Of a stretch of DNA of 64,000 nt, positions 21,361-33,381 are shown in pieces. A program made the position numbers and the translations under genes. The stretch is from Calditrichota bacterium (GTDB lineage Bacteria > Electryoneota > RPQS01), in the NCBI GenBank assembly GCA_020637395.1, contig JACJWA010000001.1:1110078-1174077 (forward strand), given 5' to 3'. The first letter of the stretch is position 1, and every line of letters starts with the position of its first letter. The notes beneath the pieces are model-generated. The model was not told the origin of the DNA and searched no databases. It was given only the letters and a program-made list of their open reading frames with translations.

Positions 21361-22712
21361 TGTTCAAAAAGGTTCTTGTTGCTAATCGCGGCGAGATTGC
21401 GCTGCGCGTCATGCGCGCCTGCAAGGATATTGGTCTGAGCACGGTAGCCGTTTTCTCGACTGCGGATCGTGACTCTCTCCACGTACGATTTGCCGACGAA
21501 TCCGTGTGCATCGGTCCCCCGCAGGCGACAGAAAGCTATCTGTCCCCGAGAGCGATCATGTCCGCAGCAGAAATCGCGGGCGCGGATGCCATTCACCCCG
21601 GGTATGGGTTCCTCGCGGAAAATGAAGACTTCGCGCAAATCTGCCAAGCGCATGAAGTGGTTTGGATCGGACCTGATCCCAAAGTGATTCAAATGATGGG
21701 GAACAAATCCGAAGCCAAACGCACCATGATCAAGGCAGGCTGTCCGGTTGTGCCGGGCAGCGACGGTCCGGTCGAAAGTGCAGAGGAAGCACGGACGCTT
21801 GCCGAGGAGTTCGGTCTCCCCGTCATGATCAAAGCTGTGGCTGGCGGAGGGGGACGTGGGATGAGGCTTGTCACGGACATCGCCAATGTCGAGACGGCTT
21901 TTGAGATGGCAAGCGCCGAGGCCGAGGCCGCGTTCAGCAACGGAGACCTCTACCTTGAAAAAGCCATTGTCGAGCCGCGCCATGTCGAAATACAGGTGAT
22001 GGGAGACGGAAAAGGGAATTGCATTCACTTCGGCGAGCGTGATTGCTCGATGCAGAGACGTCACCAAAAGTTGATTGAAGAATCTCCTTCGCCCGCAGTT
22101 TCGCCCGAACTGCGCGAGAAGATGGGACGAACGGCGACGCAAGCCGCAGCGGCCATCAACTATTCCGGTGCAGGCACCATGGAGTTTCTGCTGGACCGAA
22201 GCGGACACTTCTATTTCATGGAAATGAACACGCGAATCCAGGTTGAACATCCCGTGACCGAAATGGTGACCGGTGCTGACTTGGTCAAGTGGCAACTGCT
22301 CGTTGCACTGGGACACAAATTGCCGCGCCAGAAGGATGTTCAGCTACGCGGGCATGCGATTGAGTGCCGTGTGAATGCGGAAGATGCTGCAAGGGGATTC
22401 CTGCCGTCTCCCGGCAAGGTCGCTACTTGGAACCTTCCCGGAGGCCCGGGCGTGCGCGTGGACACGCACGTCTACCAAGGTTATAGCATTCCGCCATTCT
22501 ACGACTCGCTCATTGCCAAATTGATTGTCTGGGGCGAGACTCGGGAAGAGGCAATTGTTCGCTGCAAGCGCGCGCTCTCTGAATTCATCGTTGAGGGCAT
22601 ACAAACGACCATTCCATTTCACCTGCAAATGCTTGAAACTGAGGCCTTCCTGACCGGCGACATCCACACAAAGTGGGTTGAGCAATACATGGAACAGCAG
22701 TCCAAGTCATAG
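21360..22712 (+). CDS. accC: Acetyl-CoA carboxylase biotin carboxylase
   Basis: [14 protein letters not shown]-grasp motifs. 450 aa. Confidence 0.9.
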   Translation: MFKKVLVANRGEIALRVMRACKDIGLSTVAVFSTADRDSLHVRFADESVCIGPPQATESYLSPRAIMSAAEIAGADAIHPGYGFLAENEDFAQICQAHEVVWIGPDPKVIQMMGNKSEAKRTMIKAGCPVVPGSDGPVESAEEARTLAEEFGLPVMIKAVAGGGGRGMRLVTDIANVETAFEMASAEAEAAFSNGDLYLEKAIVEPRHVEIQVMGDGKGNCIHFGERDCSMQRRHQKLIEESPSPAVSPELREKMGRTATQAAAAINYSGAGTMEFLLDRSGHFYFMEMNTRIQVEHPVTEMVTGADLVKWQLLVALGHKLPRQKDVQLRGHAIECRVNAEDAARGFLPSPGKVATWNLPGGPGVRVDTHVYQGYSIPPFYDSLIAKLIVWGETREEAIVRCKRALSEFIVEGIQTTIPFHLQMLETEAFLTGDIHTKWVEQYMEQQSKS

Positions 22713-22753
22713 AGGTGAGTTATCATCAGTATTTCAACTGAGGCCGAATCGTA

Positions 22754-23137
22754 ATGAATATTCCTGCAAATTGTCTGTACACTAAAGAACATGAATGGGT
22801 CAGGCTGGCCGACGGAGCCGCCGTGATCGGAGTCACTGATTTTGCTCAAGGCGAACTGGGAGACGTCGTGTTTGTTCAGCTCCCGCCGCTCGGCTCGACC
22901 GTGAAACAAGGGGACTCCTTCGGCACCATCGAAGCAGTTAAGGCAGTCGCCGACCTCTATGCCCCCATCAGTGGCGAGATCCTGGAAGTGAATTCGGTGC
23001 TCGATGGATCGCCCGAAGTGATCAACCGCGAGCCGTATACTGATGGCTGGATTGTCAAGATCAAGCCCACCTCTATCGAAACCGAGAAGTCAAATCTGAT
23101 GACTCCGGAGCAATATAAGGATTTCACCAGCGCGTAG
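22754..23137 (+). CDS. gcvH: Glycine cleavage system H protein
   Basis: Lipoyl-lysine motif IEAVKAV. 127 aa. Confidence 0.9.
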   Translation: MNIPANCLYTKEHEWVRLADGAAVIGVTDFAQGELGDVVFVQLPPLGSTVKQGDSFGTIEAVKAVADLYAPISGEILEVNSVLDGSPEVINREPYTDGWIVKIKPTSIETEKSNLMTPEQYKDFTSA

Positions 23138-23139
23138 CT

Positions 23140-24522
23140 GTGCTGGAGACTATACTCATACCCTTAATGCGATACATCCCGAATACCCCCGATGACCGTA
23201 GTGCGATGCTGCGCGACATCGGGGTCTCCTCTTTTGAAGATCTGCTGACTGCCATTCCGAAGGATCTTCGTTATCAGAAACCACTGAACATCGCACCGGG
23301 AAAATCGGAATGGGAAGTGCGCCGCGAAATGGAAGCCATGGCTCTCAAGAATCAGAATGCCATGAGCACACCCTGTTTCATGGGAGCCGGCTGCTATGAT
23401 CATTTTGTCCCGTCCGCTGTGAATGCACTGGCATCTCGAAGTGAGTACGCCACGGCCTACACTCCGTATCAACCAGAAGTCGCGCAGGGTACGCTGCAGG
23501 TCATCTATGAGTTCCAAACGATGATCAGTGAGCTCTTTGCAATGCCCGCAGCGAATGCAAGCCTGTATGACGGCGGAAACGCTCTTTCAGAGGCGGTTTC
23601 GATGGCCTGTGCGCACACGAAGCGCCGCCGGGTTGTTTGGACTGAAGCCGTAAACCCCGCCTATCGCCGAGTCGCGCGGACGAACAATGTTGCTCACGGC
23701 GTCACTTTCGACACGGCTCCTTGCGCAAACGGCTGCCAGTCCAACGAAGACATTGCCATGCTGCTCAGCGAGGACGTTGCCGCTGTTGTGCTGCAGTATC
23801 CGAATTTCTATGGCGTTGTTGATGACTTGAAAAAGTTGATCGAACGCATTCATACTGCTGGGGCGCTCGCGATTGTTGTTTCGGACCCCATGGCCATGGG
23901 AGTCCTGGCTCCCCCAGGACGGTTTGGAGCAGACATTGTCGTTGGCGAAGGTCAATCTCTTGGTAACTTCATGAGCTACGGCGGTCCATATCTTGGTTTG
24001 TTCGCTTGCACCATGGAGTTGGTGCGACTTATGCCAGGTCGAATTGTGGGTGTTACCAAAGATTTGGACCGCAAGCGCGGTTTCGTACTCACTCTGCAAA
24101 CACGCGAACAGCATATCCGGCGCGACAAGGCCACCTCAAATGTCTGCACGAATCAAGGACTGATTGCCACACGCGCAACGTTCTATCTCTCTCTGGTCGG
24201 ACCGCAAGGGCTAAGGGACATTGGCAACGCCTGCGGACGAAGAGCTGCCTACTTGATCAGCAAGTTGCGCGATGTTCCAGGCTTTGGGTTTCCGCATAGT
24301 GGTCCGCACTTCCGAGAGTTTCTTTTGCGCGTTCCCGGAAAAGCTGAAGAGTTTTTTGATCACATGGCTGCTCACGGTGTCTTGGCCGGCGTTCCGTTAG
24401 TCAGACTTGGGCTTGCTGACGAGCGTGGCTTGTTGGTTGCCTTGACTGAGACCAGAACGCTTGAGGATATGGACTTGTACGTGTCACTCGCTCAGAAATA
24501 TGTTGCGGAGGGCAAGCGATGA
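23140..24522 (+). CDS. gcvPA: Glycine dehydrogenase subunit 1
   Basis: Length and conserved N-terminal half of the P-protein. Confidence 0.85.
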   Translation: MLETILIPLMRYIPNTPDDRSAMLRDIGVSSFEDLLTAIPKDLRYQKPLNIAPGKSEWEVRREMEAMALKNQNAMSTPCFMGAGCYDHFVPSAVNALASRSEYATAYTPYQPEVAQGTLQVIYEFQTMISELFAMPAANASLYDGGNALSEAVSMACAHTKRRRVVWTEAVNPAYRRVARTNNVAHGVTFDTAPCANGCQSNEDIAMLLSEDVAAVVLQYPNFYGVVDDLKKLIERIHTAGALAIVVSDPMAMGVLAPPGRFGADIVVGEGQSLGNFMSYGGPYLGLFACTMELVRLMPGRIVGVTKDLDRKRGFVLTLQTREQHIRRDKATSNVCTNQGLIATRATFYLSLVGPQGLRDIGNACGRRAAYLISKLRDVPGFGFPHSGPHFREFLLRVPGKAEEFFDHMAAHGVLAGVPLVRLGLADERGLLVALTETRTLEDMDLYVSLAQKYVAEGKR

Positions 24523-25994
24523 AAAGAAACATTCTTGCTCTTCAGAGCGAAATGGATATGATTTTTGAGTTGAGCAGAAACGGACGATCCGGTTACCAGG
24601 TTCCTCCTACGTCCGACCAGTTGCCCGAGTTTGAAATTCCCCAGGAGTTGCGTCGAAATGCCGCGCCGCGCTTGCCTGAGGTATCCGAGAATACGACGGT
24701 CAGACACTATGTGAATCTCTCCACGCGAAATCATCACATTGACAAGGATTTCTATCCGCTCGGGTCGTGCACGATGAAGTACAACCCCAAAGTCAATGAT
24801 GAGATGTCCGCACTGCCGGGTTTTGCAGGACTGAACCCATGGCAGACCGGAGCCACGGCACAGGGCGCAATGCAGCTCATGTACGAGCTGTCTGATGCTC
24901 TCCTTGAAGTGACCGGAATGGATGACATCACGCTTCAGCCTGCTGCGGGCGCGCAAGGCGAGTTTGCTGCTCTACTGATGTTTCGTGCATATCACCAGAA
25001 GAACGGAAACCCTCGAAAGAGAATCATCATTCCGGACAGCGCACACGGAACCAACCCTGCCTCAATCATCCTTGCCGGCTATGCGGTGACGCAATTGCCC
25101 TCGGACTCAAACGGGTTGATGGATACCGAAGCCCTGAAGCGCGCTCTCGACGAAGACGTTGCCGGACTGATGATCACCAATCCGAACACTCTCGGTCTGT
25201 TCGAATCCAACATCTCGAAGATCATTGACCTTGTGCATGAGGCAGGAGGATTGGTGTATATGGATGGGGCAAACCTGAATGCGCTGATGGGTATCTCGCG
25301 CCCTGGTGACATGGGATTTGATGCCTGCCACATGAACCTCCACAAGACCTTCTCCACGCCGCACGGAGGAGGCGGACCGGGCAGCGGGCCCGTGGCAATC
25401 AAAGAGAAGCTTACTCGCTTCCTGCCTGTCCCTGTACTGACCAAAACGAAAGCTGAGTTCGCGTGGGATTGGGATCGTCCGGACTCGATTGGCTCAGTAC
25501 ACTCCTTCTATGGAAACTTCGGAATGCATGTTCGAGCGCTTGCTTACATCAAGAGCATGGGAGGCGATGGGTTGCGCGCGATTAGTGAAAACGCAATCAT
25601 CAACGCAAACTACTTGCGAAAAAAGCTTTCGCCTGCCTATCAAGTGTTCGTGGACAAACCTTGCATGCATGAAGTCGTCCTTTCTGGCAATCTGCAAAAG
25701 CAAAAAGGTGTTCGAACAACTGATATCGCCAAGAGGCTGCTCGACTTTGGTATTCACCCTCCGACCGTCTATTTTCCGCTAATCGTTCCTGAGTGCCTGA
25801 TGATTGAACCGACTGAGTCCGAATCGCGAGAGACTCTTGACGAGTTTGTTGAAGTGATGATGCAGATTGATCGCGAAGCAAGCGAGTCACCGGACCTGTT
25901 GAAGCAAGCTCCGTACACCACGCCCGTTCGCAGATTGGATGAAGCCGGTGCCGCTCGAAATCTCAATATCCGGTTCTACGACGACATCAGGTAA
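24519..25994 (+). CDS. gcvPB: Glycine dehydrogenase subunit 2
   Basis: PLP-lysine region HMNLHKTFSTPHGGGGPG. Confidence 0.9.
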   Translation: MKRNILALQSEMDMIFELSRNGRSGYQVPPTSDQLPEFEIPQELRRNAAPRLPEVSENTTVRHYVNLSTRNHHIDKDFYPLGSCTMKYNPKVNDEMSALPGFAGLNPWQTGATAQGAMQLMYELSDALLEVTGMDDITLQPAAGAQGEFAALLMFRAYHQKNGNPRKRIIIPDSAHGTNPASIILAGYAVTQLPSDSNGLMDTEALKRALDEDVAGLMITNPNTLGLFESNISKIIDLVHEAGGLVYMDGANLNALMGISRPGDMGFDACHMNLHKTFSTPHGGGGPGSGPVAIKEKLTRFLPVPVLTKTKAEFAWDWDRPDSIGSVHSFYGNFGMHVRALAYIKSMGGDGLRAISENAIINANYLRKKLSPAYQVFVDKPCMHEVVLSGNLQKQKGVRTTDIAKRLLDFGIHPPTVYFPLIVPECLMIEPTESESRETLDEFVEVMMQIDREASESPDLLKQAPYTTPVRRLDEAGAARNLNIRFYDDIR

Positions 25995-28794
25995 GGGAAA
26001 AGGCGCGCCGCTGTGGCTTGATGGTCTGGGGCTCGGCAACTTTGTCGCCATTGATCTGGAAACCACGGGGTTGACACCCGGACCAAATGAAATCATTGAG
26101 ATTGGGGCGATTCGTTTTGTGGACGGACGACCAAGCGAGAGATTTGAGCGATTTGTCAATCCCGGGAAGTCGCTGCCATCGTTTATTGTTCAACTTACCG
26201 GAATCACGGATCACGACGTTGAGGATGCTCCGACATTTTCCGATCTCCATGACGAACTGCTCGCCTTCATTGGATCTGATCCGATTGTCGGACAGAGTAT
26301 CAACTTTGATTTGAGTTTCTTGTCCGCTGCGGGAGGGAACGAGTTCCGTTTTCCCGGCAGAGTGGTGCTGGATACCGGCGAGCTGGCACGCATTTTTTGG
26401 GCGGAGTTCCCGCGCTTCTCCTTGGGAAACCTGTGCCAGCGATTTGGCGTGGAGTTAGCCACGGCACATCGGGCCGGTGACGACGCTCAAGCGACGGGCG
26501 AGCTGCTGGTTGAAATGATCAGGAACCTGCCGGAGCGCGTGTGGGCAGACCTGACGTCGCAGATCGCCGCCTTGTGCGGCGCTGCTCACCATCGAGGTGA
26601 AGTGTTCTTTGAAAGACTTCGGTTGCTTGCCGCGGATATTCCTCTTCCGGACTTTGCGCCGGACGATGATGAGCGGGAGTTGCTTTCAGAGATCAAACTT
26701 GATTGTCTTGCCGAGGGTGGAGAATTCGAGGCGAGCGTCGAACAATTTTCGCCGCGCCGCCAGCAACTTGACATGGCCGAACTCACTCAGCAGGCATTTG
26801 ATGAAAACCGAGTTCTGTTGATTGAAGCGCCGACAGGCACCGGAAAGTCCCTGGGCTATCTCGTGCCTTCGCTTGAATGGGCTTTGCGAGAAGGCGAGGA
26901 TGACGAGCAGCGTCAAGTCGTGATTTCATCACACACCCGATCGCTTCAAGAGCAGTTGCTCAATCAGGAGATTGCTGCTATTGGAAACGCGCACTCTTCA
27001 CGTGTACCTGCAGCCGTGCTCAAAGGACGGGACAACTACCTCTGCAAACGACGCCTACGTTCCGCGCTCACGGACCTTGACGGAAGACTTTCGGACGGAG
27101 ATCGTATGCGTCTGCTGCCGCTGCTGCGGTGGTCTTATCAAACCAAGCGCGGCGACATCGGAGAGATTGGTGGTTTCCGAGCCGAAACTGAGCCTGTATT
27201 GTGGTCCATCGTGTGTTCGGATACGCTGGGATGTGCAGGCGCGCGTTGCGGTGCGCATCGCGGAGACTTCTATCGTCAAGCGCTGGATCAGGCGAAGTCC
27301 GCGCGTCTGCTATTGGTCAATCACGCCTTGCTGGCTACGGACTTTGGCCGATTTATTGGCGGATCAGCTGATACCAAAAGATTGGTCATTGATGAGGCCC
27401 ATCAGTTTGAACGTGCAGTTGTTTCCGCCTATACCGCCGTGTTTAGCGCGCGGGCTATTCGGAACGTAGTTTCACTACTGACCGACGAACGCGCACCGCG
27501 CGGACTGCTTATGAAACTTGCTCGCGAGGTTGGTGACGACGACTACTCTGCCGAGTTGGCCCTATTGGACACAGCCGGCAAAACCACCATTCAGCGTGCA
27601 AGGCTAGCCTTTCAAGAAGCCGCTGCGGAAGTAGGCGGACTTGCCGGCGAGGAGTCCAAGCTCAGACTTAGACCCAATTCCTCATTGCATCGGCTGCTTG
27701 AGACAGCTTTGGTTCCTGTCGTGGAAGAGCTTGACGACTATGCAATCCGCTTGGACAAGTTGTCGCAGTTGCTCGCCAAGGAAGACGGACTGCAGAAAGA
27801 TACGAAGGATCGAATCGCCGAGTTGCGATCCGCAGTGCTCAACTTGTCTGAACTAGTAGAGACCGGGAAACGTGTTGTAAGTGCGGACGACTCAGGACAT
27901 GTCTATTGGTTGGAGGTGAATCAAGCGAGACAGGCCGCAACTGCCTCACTCTTCGCAGCGCCAATCTCCATCGCAGAGACTCTGCGGCACGATCTGTGGG
28001 AGAGGGTGGAGGGTGCAGTCATGACGTCGGCGACTCTCGCGCACGAGGGAGCATTCGAAGTCACGCAAAGTGCGCTCGGGTTGGAGTCACATGGGTCTGA
28101 CCGTGTTCAATCAAAGATCCTCGATTCCCCTTTCGACCTCGAAACACAGATGCGCTGCTATTGTCCGACCTACTTGCCACCGCCCCGCGAGTCCGATGCG
28201 CACCTGACTCAAGTCTCGGGTTTGCTGACTTTCCTGCTGACAGAAGTGCAGCGTTCTTGCCTGGTCTTGTGCACGTCGCACGCTTCTTCCGAAGCGCTCT
28301 ATCGCAGACTTCAGCCGGTTGCACGGCGCGCGAAACGCCCGCTCTTTCAGCAAACCGGCGGACGTGACACGCATGAGATTGTGCGGGCCTTCCGGGAGTC
28401 CGGCAACGGCATGCTGATCGGTTCTTCAGCACTGTGGGAGGGCATAGACTTGGTCGGCGATGCACTGGAAGTCCTCATGGTCGTGAAGCTACCCTTTGAC
28501 GTACCCACTGATCCGTGGGTGGAAGCTCGGGGTGAAATGCTGCAACTGCAAAAGCAGGATCCGTTTAGCACCTTCAGTGTTCCAAGCTGTGTGATCAGAC
28601 TTCGCCAGGGATTGGGCCGCTTGATTCGCCACACAGGTGATCGGGGCGTCGCGATCATTGCCGACAGCAGACTTACGAACACCCGCTACGGAAGAAACAT
28701 GCAAGCGGCGCTTCCGGTTCGACTCAGAAGTGTGAGCAGTCCGGATGACCTTCTAAATGACATTCACAGTTTCTTTGGAATACCTCATGTTTGA
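25939..28794 (+). CDS. dinG: DinG-family helicase fused to an N-terminal DnaQ-like 3'-5' exonuclease
   Basis: Exo I motif AIDLETTG and Exo III motif HRAGDDA. Walker A APTGTGKS and DEAH box (IDEAHQF). Four-Cys cluster C-x-C..C..C. The true start is uncertain; the track start overlaps gcvPB. Confidence 0.8.
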   Translation: MKPVPLEISISGSTTTSGKGKGAPLWLDGLGLGNFVAIDLETTGLTPGPNEIIEIGAIRFVDGRPSERFERFVNPGKSLPSFIVQLTGITDHDVEDAPTFSDLHDELLAFIGSDPIVGQSINFDLSFLSAAGGNEFRFPGRVVLDTGELARIFWAEFPRFSLGNLCQRFGVELATAHRAGDDAQATGELLVEMIRNLPERVWADLTSQIAALCGAAHHRGEVFFERLRLLAADIPLPDFAPDDDERELLSEIKLDCLAEGGEFEASVEQFSPRRQQLDMAELTQQAFDENRVLLIEAPTGTGKSLGYLVPSLEWALREGEDDEQRQVVISSHTRSLQEQLLNQEIAAIGNAHSSRVPAAVLKGRDNYLCKRRLRSALTDLDGRLSDGDRMRLLPLLRWSYQTKRGDIGEIGGFRAETEPVLWSIVCSDTLGCAGARCGAHRGDFYRQALDQAKSARLLLVNHALLATDFGRFIGGSADTKRLVIDEAHQFERAVVSAYTAVFSARAIRNVVSLLTDERAPRGLLMKLAREVGDDDYSAELALLDTAGKTTIQRARLAFQEAAAEVGGLAGEESKLRLRPNSSLHRLLETALVPVVEELDDYAIRLDKLSQLLAKEDGLQKDTKDRIAELRSAVLNLSELVETGKRVVSADDSGHVYWLEVNQARQAATASLFAAPISIAETLRHDLWERVEGAVMTSATLAHEGAFEVTQSALGLESHGSDRVQSKILDSPFDLETQMRCYCPTYLPPPRESDAHLTQVSGLLTFLLTEVQRSCLVLCTSHASSEALYRRLQPVARRAKRPLFQQTGGRDTHEIVRAFRESGNGMLIGSSALWEGIDLVGDALEVLMVVKLPFDVPTDPWVEARGEMLQLQKQDPFSTFSVPSCVIRLRQGLGRLIRHTGDRGVAIIADSRLTNTRYGRNMQAALPVRLRSVSSPDDLLNDIHSFFGIPHV

Positions 28795-29188
28795 GCAGCT
28801 CGATCATATCGCACTTGCCGTACCGGACCTGGACAAAGCTATTGACAATTGGAAAGAGCTGACCGGGGCGATGCTCAGTCACCGGGAGTTCGTGGAATCC
28901 CAAAACACACATGTTGCATTCCTCAGCCTTGCGGGATTTCGCATCGAGCTGATTGCACCCGGCGGCCCGGAGAGTACTGTGGCAAAGTATCTCGAAAAAA
29001 GAGGACCAGGTCTGCATCACATCGCGCTGAAGTGCGCGGACGGGCAATCGGCTTTGAATGAACTTGCCGAAAAAGGTGCTCGATTGATCAACGAGACGCT
29101 TCGCCCCGGTGCCGAGCAGACCATGGTCGGTTTCGTCCATCCCGCGAGCCTCGGAGGTGTATTGGTCGAAATCGTCGAGCATCCCTGA
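28787..29188 (+). CDS. VOC-family methylmalonyl-CoA epimerase/glyoxalase
   Basis: LDHIALAVPDLDKA...HHIAL VOC motifs. ATG start in an 8-nt overlap with the dinG stop. Confidence 0.65.
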   Translation: MFEQLDHIALAVPDLDKAIDNWKELTGAMLSHREFVESQNTHVAFLSLAGFRIELIAPGGPESTVAKYLEKRGPGLHHIALKCADGQSALNELAEKGARLINETLRPGAEQTMVGFVHPASLGGVLVEIVEHP

Positions 29189-29199
29189 TCACACGAGAT

Positions 29200-31035
29200 T
29201 TGATCGTGTCTGAATCGCTCTCTGAAAAGCTCGAGAATCTTCCTAAAGACCCCGGTGTCTATTTGTTCCGCGACGCGCGGGCAAAGGTCATCTACGTCGG
29301 CAAGGCGAAGGTGCTTCGCAATCGAGTCAGGCAGTACTTTCAGAAGTCTTCAGACGGCCGTGCGCAGTTTGAAATCCTGGTTTCCAAGATTGCAGACCTT
29401 GAAGTCATCACGACGAAGACGGAGTACGAAGCGATCATTCTTGAAGGCAACCTGATCCGCAAATTCAAGCCGCGCTACAATGTTGCCCTCAAAGATGACA
29501 AGTCACAGCCGTATCTCAAGATCGCAAACGAACCGTTTCCTCGAATCTTCCTGACGCGCAATCCCCAGCAGGATGGTTCAAAACTGTACGGACCGTACGG
29601 AGATCTGCGCTATTTGAAGGGACTGCTTCACGTCCTGCGCGGCATGTTGAAAATCAGAACATGCAATCTGCCGCTTGGTGAAGAGTCCATTGCGAATGGA
29701 AAGTTCAAGTCCTGTCTTGAGTTTCATCTTGGACGCTGCAATGCGCCCTGCGTCGGCCATGAAACGCTGCAAGAGTACGATCAGCGAGTTCGAGATTTCG
29801 TTCTGGTGCTGAAGGGCAGAGGGGCAGAGATTATTGCGCAGCTTCGCACCGAGATGGAGCAGGCGTCGGAGGAGTTGCGTTTTGAGCGTGCCGCTCAGCT
29901 TCGTGACTGGCTCTCCGCCATGGACAGCCTGACCCGCAGACAGACGATCATCTCGCCAGAGCCTGTGGACAGAGATATTGTCGGACTTGGAGTACAGGAT
30001 GAGGACGGTTGCCTGGTCGTCATGCAGGTTCGTGATGGCAGACTGCTCGGGCGAGTACAGTACCCGCTCCGCATTCCGAAAGACACTCCGCTCGCCGAGA
30101 TTCTGATGCATGCTTTGCAGCACTATTATTCTCAGGCCGTAGTGCCGTCAGAGCTTGTGCTTCCGTATGAACCAGAGTCGCTTGAGCTCTTAAGCGAATG
30201 GTTGCGGCAGCAAGCGGACTCAAAAGTGGTCGTCAGAGTTCCCGAGCGCGGAGAGAAGGTTAGAATGGTGGACCTCGCGCAGAGAAACGCCGACCTTCAG
30301 CTTCAAGAGATTCTGCGCGCCGCGGCCAAACGCGAGCGTATTCCCGCCAGTTTGACTGAGCTGCAGACCAGACTCGGTCTCCCCGGAATCCCGCGCGAGA
30401 TCGCCGCATTTGACAATTCCACGCTGATGGGTGAACATCAAGTCGCTGGAATGGTCGTTTATCGCATGGGGAAGCCCGCGAGATCAGAGTACCGTCGCTT
30501 CAAGATCAAGACCGTGACAGGTCAGGATGACTTTGCCTCAATGAAAGAGGTTGTCACGCGCCGCTTTTCACGCTTGCAGCGCGAAGGGCAGCCAATGCCG
30601 GATCTGATTCTGATTGATGGAGGCAAAGGCCAGCTTTCCGCAGCGGTGGAAGCCCTTGCTGACTTGGGACTTGAATCACTTCCCATCATCGGATTGGCCA
30701 AGAAGCTTGAAGAGATCTATCGGCCGGGTGAATTGGAGCCCCATAATCTCCCAAAGACATCATCCGCATTGCGGCTTCTTCAACAGGTTCGTGATGAAGT
30801 GCATCGTTACGCGATCACTTATCATCGTCAGGTGCGACAGAAGGAAGCCATGTCCTCGGAGTTGCAGGATATTCCCGGCATCGGTCCTGCGCGCCGCAAG
30901 TTGCTTTTGACTCATTTTCGTAGCGTGCAGCGCCTGTCCCTGGCCACTCGAGACGAGCTGTTAGAAATCCAAGGTATCAGTCCGGCACTGGCGGACAAGG
31001 TTCTATCCTTCTTCCAGGCCAAGAAAGCTCAATAA
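29200..31035 (+). CDS. uvrC: Excinuclease ABC subunit C
   Basis: GIY-YIG domain (GVYLF..YVGKA), UVR domain and C-terminal HhH. Confidence 0.9.
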   Translation: MIVSESLSEKLENLPKDPGVYLFRDARAKVIYVGKAKVLRNRVRQYFQKSSDGRAQFEILVSKIADLEVITTKTEYEAIILEGNLIRKFKPRYNVALKDDKSQPYLKIANEPFPRIFLTRNPQQDGSKLYGPYGDLRYLKGLLHVLRGMLKIRTCNLPLGEESIANGKFKSCLEFHLGRCNAPCVGHETLQEYDQRVRDFVLVLKGRGAEIIAQLRTEMEQASEELRFERAAQLRDWLSAMDSLTRRQTIISPEPVDRDIVGLGVQDEDGCLVVMQVRDGRLLGRVQYPLRIPKDTPLAEILMHALQHYYSQAVVPSELVLPYEPESLELLSEWLRQQADSKVVVRVPERGEKVRMVDLAQRNADLQLQEILRAAAKRERIPASLTELQTRLGLPGIPREIAAFDNSTLMGEHQVAGMVVYRMGKPARSEYRRFKIKTVTGQDDFASMKEVVTRRFSRLQREGQPMPDLILIDGGKGQLSAAVEALADLGLESLPIIGLAKKLEEIYRPGELEPHNLPKTSSALRLLQQVRDEVHRYAITYHRQVRQKEAMSSELQDIPGIGPARRKLLLTHFRSVQRLSLATRDELLEIQGISPALADKVLSFFQAKKAQ

Positions 31036-31040
31036 CTAAA

Positions 31041-33263
31041 ATGTCTTCCGTCTATTCGCCCGTTTCTTTGGACACAGCCTTGTCACATGGTTTGACTCCC
31101 CAGGAGTATGAGCAAATCCTGGAAATCCTCGGGCGAACGCCGACGTTTGTTGAACTCGGAATCTTTTCCGCCATGTGGTCGGAGCATTGTTCATACAAGA
31201 ACTCCATTCTCGAGCTGAAACGCTTTCCCAAGAGCGGGAAACGCGTGCTGGTCGAAGCGGGTGAGGAAAACGCGGGTCTGATTGACATCGGCGACGGACT
31301 GGCGGTCTGCTTTAAGATTGAAAGCCACAACCATCCATCTGCCATCGAACCTTTTCAGGGCGCGGCAACGGGTGTCGGAGGAATTCTTCGAGACATCTTC
31401 TCCATGGGCGCGCGCCCCATCGCGTGTTTGAACTCGTTGCGATTTGGAGATCTGTCTCATCCGCGAACCGCTCAACTCCTGGACGGTGTCGTGCGTGGAA
31501 TCAGCCATTATGGCAATTGCTTCGGCGTGCCGACGGTCGGCGGTGAGATATACTTTGATCCTTCGTACAACGAGAATCCTCTCGTCAACGCCATGGCAGT
31601 CGGCGTGGTCGAAGTGGACAAGATTATCAAGGGTGCGGCTACCGGCGCTGGCAATCCGGTGTTCGTCGTTGGTTCTTCGACTGGACGCGATGGAATTCAC
31701 GGCGCGTCGTTCGCGTCAGAGGATTTGTCGGAGGCCTCCAAGGAGAAGCGCCCCTCAGTTCAAATCGGCGACCCCTTCAAAGAGAAACTTCTGCTTGAAG
31801 CCTCGCTTGAGCTCGCGCGTACTGACGCACTGGTCGGCATGCAAGATATGGGTGCTGCGGGAATCTGCTGTTCATGCAGCGAAACCCCTGCTCGAGGCGG
31901 CACGGGCCTCAAGCTGGATGTGGACAAGGTCTCGCGCCGCGAAAGTTCCATGAATGCCTACGAGATCTGTCTCTCCGAATCTCAAGAGCGTATGCTGGTT
32001 ATCTTGAAAAAAGGCAAAGAGCACCTTGCCAAAGATATTTTCAGCAAATGGGACTTACACGCGGATGAAGTCGGAGTGGTGACGGACGACAAGTTGTTCA
32101 CCATTCTTGAAAATGGCAATGTTGTGGGACAGATTCCTGCAGATTCGCTTGTGCTGGGAGGCGGCGCGCCGCAGAATCGAAGAGAACACGCGCGCCCTGC
32201 GCATCTCGACGCTCTTCTGAGTTTTGATCCCACGCATCTTCCCGACCCCGATGATTGGAACGAAGCACTCCTCGCTCTGTTAAAATCACCGAACATTGCT
32301 TCGCGCAGGTTTGTGTTTGAGCAGTATGATCACACCATCGGCGCGGCAACGGCACAAGGCGGCGGTGCTTCCGATGCGGGCGTCGTGCGCATTCCCGGCA
32401 CTCAGAAGGGACTTGCCATGTCCGTGGATTGCAACTCACGCTATGTGTCCGTAGATCCCAGGCGCGGAGCCGCGCTGGCCGTGCTCGAAGGTGCGCGAAA
32501 TGTGGCCTGCGCGGGTGCGATTCCCGTGGGCATCACAAACTGTCTGAATTTCGCTAACCCGATGAAACCGGAGAACTACTACTTCTTCCACGAATCTGTA
32601 ACCGGAATTTCAGATGCTTGCGTCGCGCTCGATATTCCAGTCACCGGTGGAAATGTCTCGTTCTACAACGAGTCTGCGAGCGGTCCGGTTAGGCCGACTC
32701 CTGTGATCGGCATGGTCGGTGTTTTGGAAGATGTTTCTCATCATGTCGGGATAGGATTCAAAGAAGAAGGTGATTTCATCGCCCTGCTGGGGAGCATCGG
32801 TCCTGATCTGGGATGCAGTGAGTATCTTGCCGTCTATCACAATGTTGTCGCGGGTGCCCCGCCCAAGCTTGATCTGGAAGCAAACCTGCGACTGATCCGG
32901 CTTTTGCCTGAACTCGCCAAGCAAGGCATTGTCCGCTCCGCGCACGACCTCTCCGAAGGCGGTTTAGCTGTGGCAGTCTCTGAGTGCAGTTTGGCCGGGA
33001 ACATTGGATGCTTACTGACGTTTCCGTGGAAGGAGCAGGTCGTAAATACGCTTTTTGCAGAGTCCCAGGCGTGCGCCCTGGTCACTGTCTCGCACGAACA
33101 ATGGCCCGCACTCAAGCGCGCGGCGGAGGAGCACGTCGTGCCCCTGCAAATGCTCGGCAGGGTGGGGGGCGAGCTGATTGCCATAAATGACTGGATCACG
33201 CTGCCGCTTGAATTGGCCCGCGACCTGTACGACAATTCGCTTGCTGATTCCCTGGGATTGTGA
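31041..33263 (+). CDS. purL: Phosphoribosylformylglycinamidine synthase II
   Basis: 740-aa PurM-like duplicated domains. [16 protein letters not shown]. Confidence 0.9.
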   Translation: MSSVYSPVSLDTALSHGLTPQEYEQILEILGRTPTFVELGIFSAMWSEHCSYKNSILELKRFPKSGKRVLVEAGEENAGLIDIGDGLAVCFKIESHNHPSAIEPFQGAATGVGGILRDIFSMGARPIACLNSLRFGDLSHPRTAQLLDGVVRGISHYGNCFGVPTVGGEIYFDPSYNENPLVNAMAVGVVEVDKIIKGAATGAGNPVFVVGSSTGRDGIHGASFASEDLSEASKEKRPSVQIGDPFKEKLLLEASLELARTDALVGMQDMGAAGICCSCSETPARGGTGLKLDVDKVSRRESSMNAYEICLSESQERMLVILKKGKEHLAKDIFSKWDLHADEVGVVTDDKLFTILENGNVVGQIPADSLVLGGGAPQNRREHARPAHLDALLSFDPTHLPDPDDWNEALLALLKSPNIASRRFVFEQYDHTIGAATAQGGGASDAGVVRIPGTQKGLAMSVDCNSRYVSVDPRRGAALAVLEGARNVACAGAIPVGITNCLNFANPMKPENYYFFHESVTGISDACVALDIPVTGGNVSFYNESASGPVRPTPVIGMVGVLEDVSHHVGIGFKEEGDFIALLGSIGPDLGCSEYLAVYHNVVAGAPPKLDLEANLRLIRLLPELAKQGIVRSAHDLSEGGLAVAVSECSLAGNIGCLLTFPWKEQVVNTLFAESQACALVTVSHEQWPALKRAAEEHVVPLQMLGRVGGELIAINDWITLPLELARDLYDNSLADSLGL

Positions 33264-33316
33264 GAAAACCTTCGCAAGTTAATATATTTGTTAACTATAG
33301 CTTAGAAGTGTACGTA

Positions 33317-33345
33317 TTGCGTTTGCAATGTAATTGTAGTATATT
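33317..33345 (+). promoter_or_regulatory. Sigma70-like promoter (TTGCGT-N17-TATATT) for tRNA-Arg
   Basis: Hexamers and 17-nt spacing read directly. Lies in an AT-rich island about 35 nt upstream of the tRNA 5' end. Confidence 0.4.
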
Positions 33346-33381
33346 AAGAGATTAGAGGTTCTCCTTCCGCTCGCAGAACCT

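Noticed and set aside
21153-22316. 387-aa minus-strand ORF
   Set aside because: It is antisense to accB/accC, whose products show unmistakable conserved motifs. Long antisense ORFs are expected at this GC content.
22713-22753. Possible glycine riboswitch upstream of gcvH
   Set aside because: The intergenic gap is only ~40 nt, far too short for a tandem glycine aptamer (>100 nt).
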